From an uncultured Leptospiraceae bacterium (GTDB lineage: Bacteria; Spirochaetota; UBA4802; UB4802): DNA of 64,000 nt. Both the position numbers and the translations under genes were made by a program. The stretch lies in NCBI GenBank assembly GCA_964486725.1, contig CAZAOK010000006.1, positions 1,121 through 65,120 of the forward strand, written 5' to 3'. The notes under the pieces were generated by a model. The model ran no database searches, was not told the origin of the DNA, and was given only the letters and a program-made list of their open reading frames with translations. Positions within the stretch are counted from its first letter, which is position 1, and every line of letters begins with the position of its first letter. Positions 10,780 through 20,710 of this stretch are shown in pieces.

Positions 10780-11726
10780 TCTTCACCTGTACCTTTTTCT
10801 GAACCGGAATGTGGATGAAAACGGTCATATACATCTCTTAACCTGTTCTTTGTTGTATGGGTATACACCTGCGTGGTGGAAAGGCTTTTATGGCCAAGCA
10901 TCTCCTGAACCGCACGCAAGTCAGCACCCTGGTTCATCATCTCGGTGGCAAAACTGTGCCGCAGCATATGCGGAGTCACTTTAGCAGGAAAACCTGCCTG
11001 AATGGCCCGTTTTTCTATCACGTAAAAAATTCCCCTCTGTGTTATTGCCCCCCCTCGATCATTTACAAAAAGTGGTTCAGTTATGGTATGGAACTTTTTT
11101 CTTCTATGTTCAAGGTACTCACTTAGCGCCTCAACCGAAGTGGGGGTAAGAAATACGAATCTCTCGATACTTCCCTTTCCTCTTACCCGCAATGCCGATC
11201 TTTTTAAATCACAGTCCAGGCTTTTTGCCCAAACCAGTTCCGAGACCCGGGCGCCCGACGAATAAAATACCTCAAGCAATGCCCTGTCCCTGTAGTCGAT
11301 AAATTTCTCGAGTGGAAAATCAAGAAGGGCGTTTACCTGCTTCTCTGTAAGAAAATGAGGTAATTTGCGCTCACCCTTTGGAAATACTATAGAAGAAGCC
11401 GGATTGTGAGATACCATATCCCTGTTATACAGAAACTTGAAAAAGGATTTCAAGGTGGCTATAGTACGACGTATGGATGACTTCTTGAGACCTTTATCAT
11501 AACGATATTCAACAAAGGCCCGGATGGTATCTTTTGTTATAGAATCAATTCGAACATCATGTCCATCCAGTTCTACCTCTATGCCGTAGTGATCTGAAGA
11601 AGCCTCGTCAGAGAGCATAAATTCCAGGAATTCCATTAAATCACGATTATACGCCTCAATTGTATTCACCGACATGTTCCTTTCTACGGAAAGGTAATCC
11701 ATGAACAGGTCAATTTCAACAATCAC
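10776..11726 (-). CDS. xerC: tyrosine recombinase XerC/XerD family
   Basis: LSVERNMSVNTIEAYNRDL, C-terminal RHSFATEM...GHKSLSTTQVYTH catalytic motifs; classic xerC-hslVU linkage. Confidence 0.85.
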   Translation of the reverse strand: MIVEIDLFMDYLSVERNMSVNTIEAYNRDLMEFLEFMLSDEASSDHYGIEVELDGHDVRIDSITKDTIRAFVEYRYDKGLKKSSIRRTIATLKSFFKFLYNRDMVSHNPASSIVFPKGERKLPHFLTEKQVNALLDFPLEKFIDYRDRALLEVFYSSGARVSELVWAKSLDCDLKRSALRVRGKGSIERFVFLTPTSVEALSEYLEHRRKKFHTITEPLFVNDRGGAITQRGIFYVIEKRAIQAGFPAKVTPHMLRHSFATEMMNQGADLRAVQEMLGHKSLSTTQVYTHTTKNRLRDVYDRFHPHSGSEKGTGEE

Positions 11727-13843
11727 TCTTCCCCCATCTCCTGCGGGTTAGTATCATTTTTTTCTGACTCGTCAAGAAGCTCAAGTTTATAATCACATGA
11801 TTCGTTCAAACAAACAAGCATTTCTCCCCGTTTGCCCAGTTTTTTAATAAACAGCAATTTTCCGCATTTGGGACATGGTTTATCCGAAGGTGAATCACGG
11901 CTTATAAACTCGCACTCGGGATAGTTGGAACAGGCATAAAAGGGTCGCCCCTTTTTTGAAGACCGTTTCACTACGTCGCCATCACAATCCTCCCGGGGAC
12001 ATTTCCCAAGTGGAAGAGATTTTGAATTTCTGCATTCGGGAAACCCCGAGCATGCCAGGAAAAAACCATACCGGCCAAGTTTCTTCACCATCGGTCGGCC
12101 GCATTTTTCACAGACCAGGTCTGTTTCCTCATCCAGGATACCTTTCATTTCCTCCATTGCATGCTCAGCATGATCAATAGTGGCTTTAAATGGAGTGTAG
12201 AACTCCTGCAGCATGTTTTTCCAGTCACTCTTTGCTTCTTCAACCTGATCCAGATTTTCTTCCATGGTGGCCGTAAAGTCTATGGAAACCAGGTCACTGA
12301 AATACTCCACGATGAGCGAATTAACCAGTTTCCCCAGCACCGTGGGTACCAGCTGCCTGCCGTGTCGAACCACGTAATAACGCTTTATAAGCGTATTAAT
12401 AGTGGGGGCATACGTTGAAGGCCGGCCGATGCCTGACTCTTCCAGGAATTTAACCAGTGAAGCATCATTATACCTCGGGGGAGGGGTTGTAAAATGCTGC
12501 TCTGGATTGAAATTCTCCGGTCTCAGCACATCACCTTCTGAAAGTTCCGGTAATATCTGTCTCTTCGATTTATCATCTTTATAAAGAGCGGTAAATCCCT
12601 TAAACAGCACCGTGCTGCCTGATGCCCGAAATTCAACGCCGTTACATTCAAGTATGGCAGTCACGATCTCAGACCTCTCAGGGGTCATCTGTGATGACAC
12701 GAATCGTTTCCATATGAGCTGGTACAGCCTGAATTGATCCCTGGTGAGATCAGCCTTAATAGATTCCGGTGTCCTCATAACCCCAGTAGGACGTATGGCT
12801 TCGTGGGCATCCTGTGCCCCTTTCTTGTTTGTATAAAAGTTCGGTTTTTCAGGCAGGTATTCACTGGAAAAGTTTGACCCGATGTATTCCCGGGCCATGG
12901 TAAGTGCACCTGGAGATACCCTGGTAGAATCTGTTCTCATGTAGGTGATAAGACCCACAGGGCCCTCACCGGTTATGTTAACCCCTTCGTACAACTGCTG
13001 GGCAACCATCATGGTTTTACCAGAGGTAAACCCCAGCCTGTTTGCCGCGTCTTGCTGAAGTTTACTGGTGATATAGGGAGCAGGTGCTTTTCTTTTTCTT
13101 TCCTTTTTCTGCAAACTGTTGATTATGAAATCACGGCCCTTCACCCTGTCTATGACAGTATCCACTTCATCCTGGGAGCGAAGTGTTTTTTTCTCACCAT
13201 CAATGGTTATAAAGGAGGCAGTAAATTCCTTTTTCTTTACTTTAAACAATGCGTCAAGAGACCAGTATTCTTCAGGGATAAATTCATCGATTTCTTTTTC
13301 ACGTTCACATATAACCCGCAATGCCACAGATTGTACACGCCCCGCGGAAAGTCCCTTTTTAACCTTTTTCCAGAGTATGGGACTGATGTTGTATCCTACT
13401 ATCCTGTCCAGGATACGGCGGGCCTGCTGGGCGTTTACCAGGTCTTCATCAATTTTCCGGGGATTGTTTACCGCGTCCTTAATGGCATCCTGGGTAATTT
13501 CGTTAAACACTATACGCTGGATATCATCGTTCCTCTGCTTCAGGGCATTATTCAGATGCCACGCGATGGCTTCACCTTCACGGTCGGGGTCAGTAGCCAG
13601 AAGAACCCGACCCGCGCTGCCGGCTTTCCTTTTCAGCTCGTTTAACACCTTGGCCTTTCCACGTATGGTTATATATTCGGGGGAAAACCCGTTATCAACA
13701 TCCACTGCAAGCCGTGACTTGGGCAGGTCAATCAAGTGACCCATAGAAGAAGTTATCTCGTAATCATTTCCAAGATATTTATTGATAGTCTTTGCCTTTG
13801 TTGGTGACTCTACGATTACAAGTGTCTTATCATTTTTTGGCAT
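11723..13843 (-). CDS. topA: DNA topoisomerase I
   Basis: Toprim N-terminus LVIVESPTKAKTI; C-terminal Cys4 zinc ribbons. Confidence 0.9.
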   Translation of the reverse strand: MPKNDKTLVIVESPTKAKTINKYLGNDYEITSSMGHLIDLPKSRLAVDVDNGFSPEYITIRGKAKVLNELKRKAGSAGRVLLATDPDREGEAIAWHLNNALKQRNDDIQRIVFNEITQDAIKDAVNNPRKIDEDLVNAQQARRILDRIVGYNISPILWKKVKKGLSAGRVQSVALRVICEREKEIDEFIPEEYWSLDALFKVKKKEFTASFITIDGEKKTLRSQDEVDTVIDRVKGRDFIINSLQKKERKRKAPAPYITSKLQQDAANRLGFTSGKTMMVAQQLYEGVNITGEGPVGLITYMRTDSTRVSPGALTMAREYIGSNFSSEYLPEKPNFYTNKKGAQDAHEAIRPTGVMRTPESIKADLTRDQFRLYQLIWKRFVSSQMTPERSEIVTAILECNGVEFRASGSTVLFKGFTALYKDDKSKRQILPELSEGDVLRPENFNPEQHFTTPPPRYNDASLVKFLEESGIGRPSTYAPTINTLIKRYYVVRHGRQLVPTVLGKLVNSLIVEYFSDLVSIDFTATMEENLDQVEEAKSDWKNMLQEFYTPFKATIDHAEHAMEEMKGILDEETDLVCEKCGRPMVKKLGRYGFFLACSGFPECRNSKSLPLGKCPREDCDGDVVKRSSKKGRPFYACSNYPECEFISRDSPSDKPCPKCGKLLFIKKLGKRGEMLVCLNESCDYKLELLDESEKNDTNPQEMGEE

Positions 13844-13907
13844 TATACATTATTCCCTTAGCTTTGATATGCCCCCCTGCCCGGGCATTGATACGACAAA
13901 ATGTAAT

Positions 13908-14525
13908 TTAATCATATTTGTCAAATAATTCTTTAACCTTTATCCCCGGCTGCCACCTGGCCGTCAGAAAAATCAGGCATGTTATACCAAGAGTGATCAG
14001 TACAAATATCAGCACCCTTTCAGAAGAATAGTACACATGACCATCATACTTTCTTGAAAATGCCAGGATCCCGATAACATCATTGGATGCACTGTTCTTA
14101 TGACAGAAAACACAGCGGTCCTGTTTTTTAAAAGGTATTATACCGTTATACCTGCCCCCTTCAATGAAAAAAGACGGCCGGGGATGGGCGGAGTGTAATA
14201 TTCCCAGTACTTTTTCATCGGGAACATCCTTTCTCTCACCCGGAACAGGCACCAGCAAGCCATCAGAATCGTAGACACGAACCCGAATATCATGATGTGT
14301 TTCCATGTCATCAAGAAATATCCACCCGTATACAGCCCTGCTCATAGTTTTTATACTGAGAAAACTGTCAGCAACAACTACCATCTGACGTTCAAGTTCC
14401 AGGAAATACCCTGACTTATATACAGAATATACGTCTCCCGCGTAAGGGGGAACAGAAAATATCTGAATAAAACTGACACCCCACAAGAGAATCAGATTTA
14501 CCAGAATAAAACGTTTAAGATACAT
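13908..14525 (-). CDS. membrane protein with periplasmic CxxCH heme-binding motif, DUF3365-like
   Basis: N- and C-terminal TM helices; single CVFCH motif in the middle domain. Confidence 0.5.
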   Translation of the reverse strand: MYLKRFILVNLILLWGVSFIQIFSVPPYAGDVYSVYKSGYFLELERQMVVVADSFLSIKTMSRAVYGWIFLDDMETHHDIRVRVYDSDGLLVPVPGERKDVPDEKVLGILHSAHPRPSFFIEGGRYNGIIPFKKQDRCVFCHKNSASNDVIGILAFSRKYDGHVYYSSERVLIFVLITLGITCLIFLTARWQPGIKVKELFDKYD

Positions 14526-14567
14526 TGATCACGGGCCTCCGGGATATTATTATTCATGCCGACATGA

Positions 14568-15698
14568 TTACACTATACCAACCATGTTACCTTCACGCCG
14601 AATGATACTGGACAACTCCAGCATAACAATCGCCTCGTTAACTTCTGCGCTGGATAACTGGAGTTGACGAACAAGTTCATCAATTTCCATGTCTCCTTTT
14701 CGCAGAATGTTTACCATCAGCCCTGGAATTCCATCAATTTCTTTCGGGGTTGAGACACTTATATTCTTGTCTACATGGTGGTTTTCTACTTTTTTGCCTG
14801 GTTGATCCTGTGTCCGCATCCAAAAGCCGGGCAAACCATCAATGATATCAGAAGTGTTGAATACGGGTGTTGCTCCCGTTTGAATCAACCGTATACACCC
14901 TTCATATTCTTCATCAAATGCCATTCCGGGACACACGAATACTTCCCTGTTCTGCTCACACGCATACCTTGCGGTAATAAGCGCGCCGCTTTTTTGCGCG
15001 GCCTTAACGATAACGGTTCCCATTGACATTCCACTTATTATGCGATTTCTTCGGGCAAATGTCCAGTTGACAGCGTTTATTCCGGGTGGGTATTCAGACA
15101 AAAGAAGTGAATGCTCCGATTCAGATATCCGGTTATAGATGTCTCGATTTGAATACGGGTACCGCTTATCTATTCCGTGCGCAAGGACTCCAATTGTCAC
15201 ACCGCCACTATCCAGCGCCCCGCAGTGTGCCTGCCGATCTATGCCAACTGCCATACCACTTACCACGGTAAAACCGGATTTCGCAAGCTCAGAGGCAATT
15301 TTCACGGCAACTGACGACGACCTGGCATCTGACTTTCTTGTACCCACCATGGCAATAGTGTTACGATTCAGCGTAGTTACATCAGCTCCCAGGTAATACA
15401 GAACAAGTGGCGGCCTTGCTATTTCCCTCAGAAGTGATGGATACTGCTCGTCCCAGAAGGTAACGATACCGAACCCGCCACGCTGGCAGGCTTTCAGAAT
15501 AGATGAGGACACCTCTAATGGTGAGCCGCTATACACCTGGGCGATATGTCCCTGGCATTGTCGTGATTCCGTTGAAAGAAAATCGTTATACACGACAGGT
15601 GGTGGATATTCTTTACAATTCTCCCATATGTTATTTTGAGATGGCGCACTTACCAGCGACAGGGCCACGGCGTACTCAAGCATATTGTTCTGCATCAA
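14568..15698 (-). CDS. dprA: DNA processing protein DprA (Smf)
   Basis: MVGTRKSDARS...VVSGMAVGIDRQAHCGAL Rossmann core. Confidence 0.85.
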   Translation of the reverse strand: MMQNNMLEYAVALSLVSAPSQNNIWENCKEYPPPVVYNDFLSTESRQCQGHIAQVYSGSPLEVSSSILKACQRGGFGIVTFWDEQYPSLLREIARPPLVLYYLGADVTTLNRNTIAMVGTRKSDARSSSVAVKIASELAKSGFTVVSGMAVGIDRQAHCGALDSGGVTIGVLAHGIDKRYPYSNRDIYNRISESEHSLLLSEYPPGINAVNWTFARRNRIISGMSMGTVIVKAAQKSGALITARYACEQNREVFVCPGMAFDEEYEGCIRLIQTGATPVFNTSDIIDGLPGFWMRTQDQPGKKVENHHVDKNISVSTPKEIDGIPGLMVNILRKGDMEIDELVRQLQLSSAEVNEAIVMLELSSIIRREGNMVGIV

Positions 15699-16405
15699 TT
15701 CCCCCCCGATATTTCACGCATTATCCGCTGAATATTTTGCCTGCAATTCTCCCGGTACTCCCTGACCCGCGATGAGTCGGGCAGCTTTTGCAGATCAGCA
15801 TACAGCCGTTCATATACGGAAAGCGCCTTTTGCGGCTCTTTATTCTCGTAATGAAACCTTGCCAGGGCAAACCTGGCCATGTAATAAGAAGGGTTTGTAA
15901 CCACAAGCTCTTTTAAGATCCGGGTTGCTTTTTCTTTTTGTCCTCTTGAGTAATAAAGAAAAATACTGTAGCTGTAACGGGCTTCGGTGTACTCAGGCTG
16001 TAGTGATAATGTCTTCCGGTAATGATATTCTGCCTTGTCCATGTCTTTATCACTATCCAGTTCAACTCCCCGGTTCGCATAGGCAAGGGCCAGCTGGTAA
16101 TGAACACGGGCAGAATCCCGACCATAGCCGATAGCCTTTTTCAGCGAGTCAATGGCCGGGTCCCATGAGCGCCTGTCGTTATATTTTTCTCCAAGTTCCT
16201 GGTAAATGCTACCCAGTTGATCAGCATGTTCCATCTTTTCTGATACTTTTTTTTCGTATTTACCGGCTTCCTGTTTTAAACGGGATATCTCATCTTTTCC
16301 AACTGTCTTCACCGATTTTAAAGTGAAGAGGTCATCCATGAATCCATTCTTACATCCGCTCATAAAAAGAACAGCCAGTATTACTGGTAGTAATAATTTT
16401 TTCAT
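15695..16405 (-). CDS. TPR-repeat lipoprotein
   Basis: Lipobox LFMSGC; TPR-like repeats. Confidence 0.6.
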   Translation of the reverse strand: MKKLLLPVILAVLFMSGCKNGFMDDLFTLKSVKTVGKDEISRLKQEAGKYEKKVSEKMEHADQLGSIYQELGEKYNDRRSWDPAIDSLKKAIGYGRDSARVHYQLALAYANRGVELDSDKDMDKAEYHYRKTLSLQPEYTEARYSYSIFLYYSRGQKEKATRILKELVVTNPSYYMARFALARFHYENKEPQKALSVYERLYADLQKLPDSSRVREYRENCRQNIQRIMREISGGN

Positions 16406-16497
16406 TGGTTCATTCCACTCTTAGTATTATACAGCTCCTATTATATTATACGTGAGAAATGCTCCTGTTGTTAAATTTTTTTAAAAAAAACTTGATG

Positions 16498-16511
16498 AAT
16501 TACGCGTAATT
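16498..16511. promoter_or_regulatory. perfect 14-bp palindrome AATTACGCGTAATT next to a TATACT -10-like hexamer; candidate operator
   Basis: Read directly from sequence, upstream of the Zn-ribbon gene. Confidence 0.3.
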
Positions 16512-16560
16512 ATACTCTTTGAAAACAATCGGCAACAATAATTTCATCAAGGAGGTAATA

Positions 16561-16761
16561 ATGCTGCCAAGACCCATGCGCGCCAAAGATTTCACCTGCC
16601 TGTATTGCGGATCCAGACTTGAACTTACAATAAAGAATCTTCATATAGGAGAAAACATTGGATCATGCCCCATGTGTAGTGAAGAGTTCTGCCTCAAGAT
16701 AGACAAAGAGGACATGGAGCAACTCTGGGAAGCGGAAGAGATAAGACCAACCGGGCACTGA
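16561..16761 (+). CDS. small zinc-ribbon protein (CxxC...CxxC)
   Basis: AGGAGG RBS; CLYCGS ... CPMCSEEFC. Confidence 0.5.
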   Translation: MLPRPMRAKDFTCLYCGSRLELTIKNLHIGENIGSCPMCSEEFCLKIDKEDMEQLWEAEEIRPTGH

Positions 16762-17256
16762 CTATTCACCGCCATTACCATGGAAGCGGTTTCTCATTCG
16801 CTTCATAACATCATTTGGGTCAATAACCATGACCCTGGTATCAGCAAGCACGTCAAGAAAACCTGTTTCATTGGGAAAGCGGGGAACAATATGCTGATGT
16901 ATATGACTGATACTGGCCCCGCTCCATTGGCCCAGGTTGTACCCCACGTTAAAACCTGATGGTTTAAATTCATCTTTTAAATACTGAAGGGTTTGCACCG
17001 TTAACCGGTGCATCTGCAGTGCTTCTTCTTCTGTCAGATCTTCCAGGTTCATTATATGACGCAGGGGAAAAATCATGAGGTGACCGGGATTAAAAGGATA
17101 CAGGTTAACCGTAACAATGAAAAGATCTGTCCGGTACACCTCTAAAACATCAACGGCTGGGTCATGATCCCTTATGGCACAGAGTATACAATCCACATGG
17201 TTATTTTTACTACCCACGTATTTTATTTTTTCGGTATTAAAAAGATGATGTCTCAT
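16762..17256 (-). CDS. HIT family protein (GalT/Ap4A-phosphorylase-like, with CxxC)
   Basis: Histidine triad SHIHQHIVPRF; CILCAI upstream. Confidence 0.7.
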   Translation of the reverse strand: MRHHLFNTEKIKYVGSKNNHVDCILCAIRDHDPAVDVLEVYRTDLFIVTVNLYPFNPGHLMIFPLRHIMNLEDLTEEEALQMHRLTVQTLQYLKDEFKPSGFNVGYNLGQWSGASISHIHQHIVPRFPNETGFLDVLADTRVMVIDPNDVMKRMRNRFHGNGGE

Positions 17257-17273
17257 GCGTTCCCGGTTAAATA

Positions 17274-18152
17274 CTATTTTTGTACAATATTTCTTTTTTT
17301 CCTGGTAACAATCAATATGTAAACCGCGAATGAAATAATAATTAAAATACTAATACACGCGGTCAGCAGGTAAATCAAGTCAAGCCGCCTTACAACTGTT
17401 ATTTTCGACTTGAGGTCATTATCCAGGTATTCAATTTCAAGTTCCACAAACTTCCTGGTGTATTCTATTTCCTGCTTGGAAAACACGTGCACCAGTTGAT
17501 GGAAATAGCTTTTCAACTCCCTGTAACGCTCTTCTGTTTCTCCTTTCTCAACATGTCTTTTATCAAGATATTCGAAGGAATCCTCTATATCCTCGATACT
17601 TTTTTCAATATTTGAAATCGCGGCTACCATCTGCCTGGAATACTCAACCGAATGGCAGTCTGAACAGGTGCGGTCAGAGATAATATGCAAGGTTGAACGT
17701 TGAATATTATGTTTACCGTGACAACTGACGCAATTGGGTTCCCCTTCTTTCATTACAGAGGTATAATGAGGACTTCTTTTGAACTGCCTGTACGCGGTTG
17801 AATGACACTCCTGCCTGCCGCAAAATGTAAGCACTTCACGCTTAGAAGGCTTACCAATGAAATTATATTTTTTTGACTTTGCAAGCCGTGAATCGTTTAC
17901 ACGGGGGTTGCCACCGTGACAAATCTGGCATTCCCTGTTATTATCTGCATGTACACTTTCACGCCATTCCAGTAATACAGAACCGGTTTTCCCGCTTAGT
18001 GTTTTATGGCATTCAATACAATAATTAACCGCTTTTCTTTTATTCCGTGCCGAATCTTCATTGTTGTCCTGTTGCGCCATTATCATGGCGAGTGGTGAAA
18101 CCACACATAGGATAAACAACGACAGGCCAAAGGAGATATATCTTTGCTTCAT
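17274..18152 (-). CDS. tail-anchored multiheme (penta-heme) cytochrome c
   Basis: Signal peptide; CIECH, CQICH, CVSCH, CSDCH plus CGRQECH (CX4CH); coiled-coil and C-terminal TM helix. Confidence 0.7.
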   Translation of the reverse strand: MKQRYISFGLSLFILCVVSPLAMIMAQQDNNEDSARNKRKAVNYCIECHKTLSGKTGSVLLEWRESVHADNNRECQICHGGNPRVNDSRLAKSKKYNFIGKPSKREVLTFCGRQECHSTAYRQFKRSPHYTSVMKEGEPNCVSCHGKHNIQRSTLHIISDRTCSDCHSVEYSRQMVAAISNIEKSIEDIEDSFEYLDKRHVEKGETEERYRELKSYFHQLVHVFSKQEIEYTRKFVELEIEYLDNDLKSKITVVRRLDLIYLLTACISILIIISFAVYILIVTRKKRNIVQK

Positions 18153-18240
18153 TCTCATTACCAGCACCCCGGGAAAATAGTATGACTTACTTACTTTTCG
18201 TCAAATGATGTTATAATAATTACATACTTATCGAATAACT

Positions 18241-18723
18241 TCAGAATGGAAACAGGGCATCCCCGGCAAATAGTACAAGCATCCACAAAATTATATTAGT
18301 ATATATACCGGCAACGATATCATCCACCATGATACCAACTCCACCACGGAGTTTCTGCAGCCTGTTGATGGGAAAAGGTTTCATGATATCAAAAAACCTG
18401 AATAGAACAAAAGCCATGAGTACCATTACCCAATTGTAAGGGAGGAAAAGCATTGCTATCCAGAAACCGATAATCTCATCAATGACTATCTCTGAGGCAT
18501 CTTTTTTCCCAAAAAAAGATTCACCTGATTCGGCTAATCGAAATGAAGGATAAAGGAGAACAAGCACTATCAGAACGTTTGCCAGGCAACCGTAACTACC
18601 CAGCAACTGCTGTTCAATAATGTATATCAATACAGCCAGTAATGTCCCGGCAGTACCGGACATGACAGGAGAATACCCCGTGTATAAACCAGTGAACAAT
18701 AATTCCTTTAATCTCATGGGCAA
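18241..18723 (-). CDS. pgpA: phosphatidylglycerophosphatase A
   Basis: FFGKKDASEIVIDEIIGFW motif. Confidence 0.8.
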   Translation of the reverse strand: MPMRLKELLFTGLYTGYSPVMSGTAGTLLAVLIYIIEQQLLGSYGCLANVLIVLVLLYPSFRLAESGESFFGKKDASEIVIDEIIGFWIAMLFLPYNWVMVLMAFVLFRFFDIMKPFPINRLQKLRGGVGIMVDDIVAGIYTNIILWMLVLFAGDALFPF

Positions 18724-19392
18724 TTAATCCTTTTGCGAATAAGGAGGCAGGAATAATCGCCAGTTTGAAACCATGTATCGCAGCCCTGAAAGGGCAGTCA
18801 GCAATGTAACCAGGGCCATGATAAAATAAGGCCCCAGAATCAACCACTTGTCAGGAAGTGAAGAATTCATAATGTCAATTACTGTATTGTACTTAAGAAA
18901 ACTGGAGGTTCCAAACTCATAGGTGACCTCCAACAGGTAACTCCTGAGAATTAACACCATTATTATTACAAAAATTGAAGTCATCTGAAAGGCGGTCTTC
19001 ACTTTTCCGAACCTGCTTGTCTTGAGTTCAGTGCCCTTTCGTATGGCAAGGTATCGCATTCCGGTAATCAACAGGTCACGTCCAACAATTATTATCACCA
19101 TCCAGAGTGGAATCAGTGGATCAAGAAAGAGAAAGGCTATCATGGCAGAAATCACCAGGAATTTATCAGCCAGGGGATCAAGAAATTTCCCCATATCCGT
19201 CTCCTGGTTAAGTTTTCTCGCACTCCACCCATCAAGCAGGTCAGTAAATGAAGCAAATGCGAATACCACAAGTGCCAGTATGCGATGGCTTACCGTAGGG
19301 GTAAATACCAGGTAAAGGAAAAGAGGTATCAGAACGATTCTAAGAAGTGATAACAAGTTTGGTATATTCAGAAACAGGTCTCGTATATTCAA
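18724..19392 (-). CDS. pgsA: CDP-diacylglycerol--glycerol-3-phosphate 3-phosphatidyltransferase
   Basis: CDP-alcohol phosphatidyltransferase motif DxxDGxxAR...LDPLADK. Confidence 0.8.
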   Translation of the reverse strand: MNIRDLFLNIPNLLSLLRIVLIPLFLYLVFTPTVSHRILALVVFAFASFTDLLDGWSARKLNQETDMGKFLDPLADKFLVISAMIAFLFLDPLIPLWMVIIIVGRDLLITGMRYLAIRKGTELKTSRFGKVKTAFQMTSIFVIIMVLILRSYLLEVTYEFGTSSFLKYNTVIDIMNSSLPDKWLILGPYFIMALVTLLTALSGLRYMVSNWRLFLPPYSQKD

Positions 19393-20708
19393 GCTTTTTC
19401 TCCTGAGAGGTCATATTCCAGCGCATCCGTGATGATGGCTTTTACAAATGAATGTATACGAATGGAGTCTCCGGTCAAGAAAAAAATACCATCTACTTCA
19501 GGAGCATCATACTGGGTTCTCCCTATCCAGTTATAATCATCTACCTGTTCTTCAACCAGAACGGTAACTGTTGATCCGATAAGTGACAGGTTTTTCTCTA
19601 TGGAAATATCTTTCTGAATTTCCATCAACCTGTTAAACCGCTGCTGTTTCTTCTTTTGTGAAACTGTATCCGCAAGCTGCGCTGCCCTGGTATTCTCTTC
19701 CGGGGAATACATGAAACAGCCCACCCTGTCCAGCTTCATTTTCTGCACAAAGCACATCAATTCTTCAAAATCATCGTCGGTTTCACCGGGGTATCCCACC
19801 ATGAAGGTGGAACGTATATGAATTCCCGGCACCCTCTCCCTGAATCGCCTGATAAGTTCTTCGTATTTTTTACTATTGCCGGTTCTCCCCATTGATCTCA
19901 AGATATGACTACTCACATGCTGCAGGGGAATATCAATGTATGGCACAACTTTTTCATTCTCCGCGATTAGATCGATAATGGAGTCATCCGCGTGATCGGG
20001 ATGGCAATACAGCAGGCGAATCCAGAAATATGTATCAGAAATAGTGGATATTCTTTCCACAAGTTCTTTCAGCTCTGTTACTTCATACCGGTAGGCTGCG
20101 ATATCCTGGGCAACTATATTCAGCTCCATTGCGCCATTTTGCAGCGCAAGGGCGGCGTCATTACACACCTGGTCAGGTGAATACGATACATGCTGCCCCC
20201 TGATCAGAGGTATGGCGCAATAGCTGCAGTTATTAGAGCATCCCTCGGCAATTTTAATATACCTGTAGGGAATAGTATCGATAAGGGGAACTTTTGTAAC
20301 CTGCGCAACCGGCTGAACATCTATGCCTAATACACGGCCCATCTCCGGAAGAAAATTCTCGTCAATGAGGCCATACACAAAATCAACCTCCGGTATCTCC
20401 GCAACCAGTGATTCCCTGTAACGCTGAGACAGGCAACCCGCAACAACCACAAAGGGAGACTGGTTGTCCTGCTGAATTTCAGCATCGTTCTTTAGCTGAA
20501 GAGCTTCGAAAATAACATCAATGGATTCTTCTTTGGCATCCTGAATGAAACCACAGGTGTTAATAATAACCAGCCGGGCATCTTCGGGATTTTCCACAGG
20601 CTGGAATCCCGCCGACTCCAGGGTTCCCTGCAGGAATTCCGAATCAACGAGATTTTTTGAACAACCAAGTGAGATGATGTAAAATGATATAGTTTCCGGC
20701 GTATGCAC
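19389..20708 (-). CDS. rimO: ribosomal protein S12 methylthiotransferase RimO (MiaB-like radical SAM)
   Basis: FYIISLGCSKNLVDSE; CSNNCSYC radical SAM; C-terminal TRAM domain. Confidence 0.8.
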   Translation of the reverse strand: MHTPETISFYIISLGCSKNLVDSEFLQGTLESAGFQPVENPEDARLVIINTCGFIQDAKEESIDVIFEALQLKNDAEIQQDNQSPFVVVAGCLSQRYRESLVAEIPEVDFVYGLIDENFLPEMGRVLGIDVQPVAQVTKVPLIDTIPYRYIKIAEGCSNNCSYCAIPLIRGQHVSYSPDQVCNDAALALQNGAMELNIVAQDIAAYRYEVTELKELVERISTISDTYFWIRLLYCHPDHADDSIIDLIAENEKVVPYIDIPLQHVSSHILRSMGRTGNSKKYEELIRRFRERVPGIHIRSTFMVGYPGETDDDFEELMCFVQKMKLDRVGCFMYSPEENTRAAQLADTVSQKKKQQRFNRLMEIQKDISIEKNLSLIGSTVTVLVEEQVDDYNWIGRTQYDAPEVDGIFFLTGDSIRIHSFVKAIITDALEYDLSGEKA

Positions 20709-20710
20709 TC

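Noticed and set aside
13052-13739. Plus-strand ORFs of 197 and 206 aa inside topA
   Set aside because: They are antisense to topoisomerase I, with no RBS and no motif; a frame artefact.
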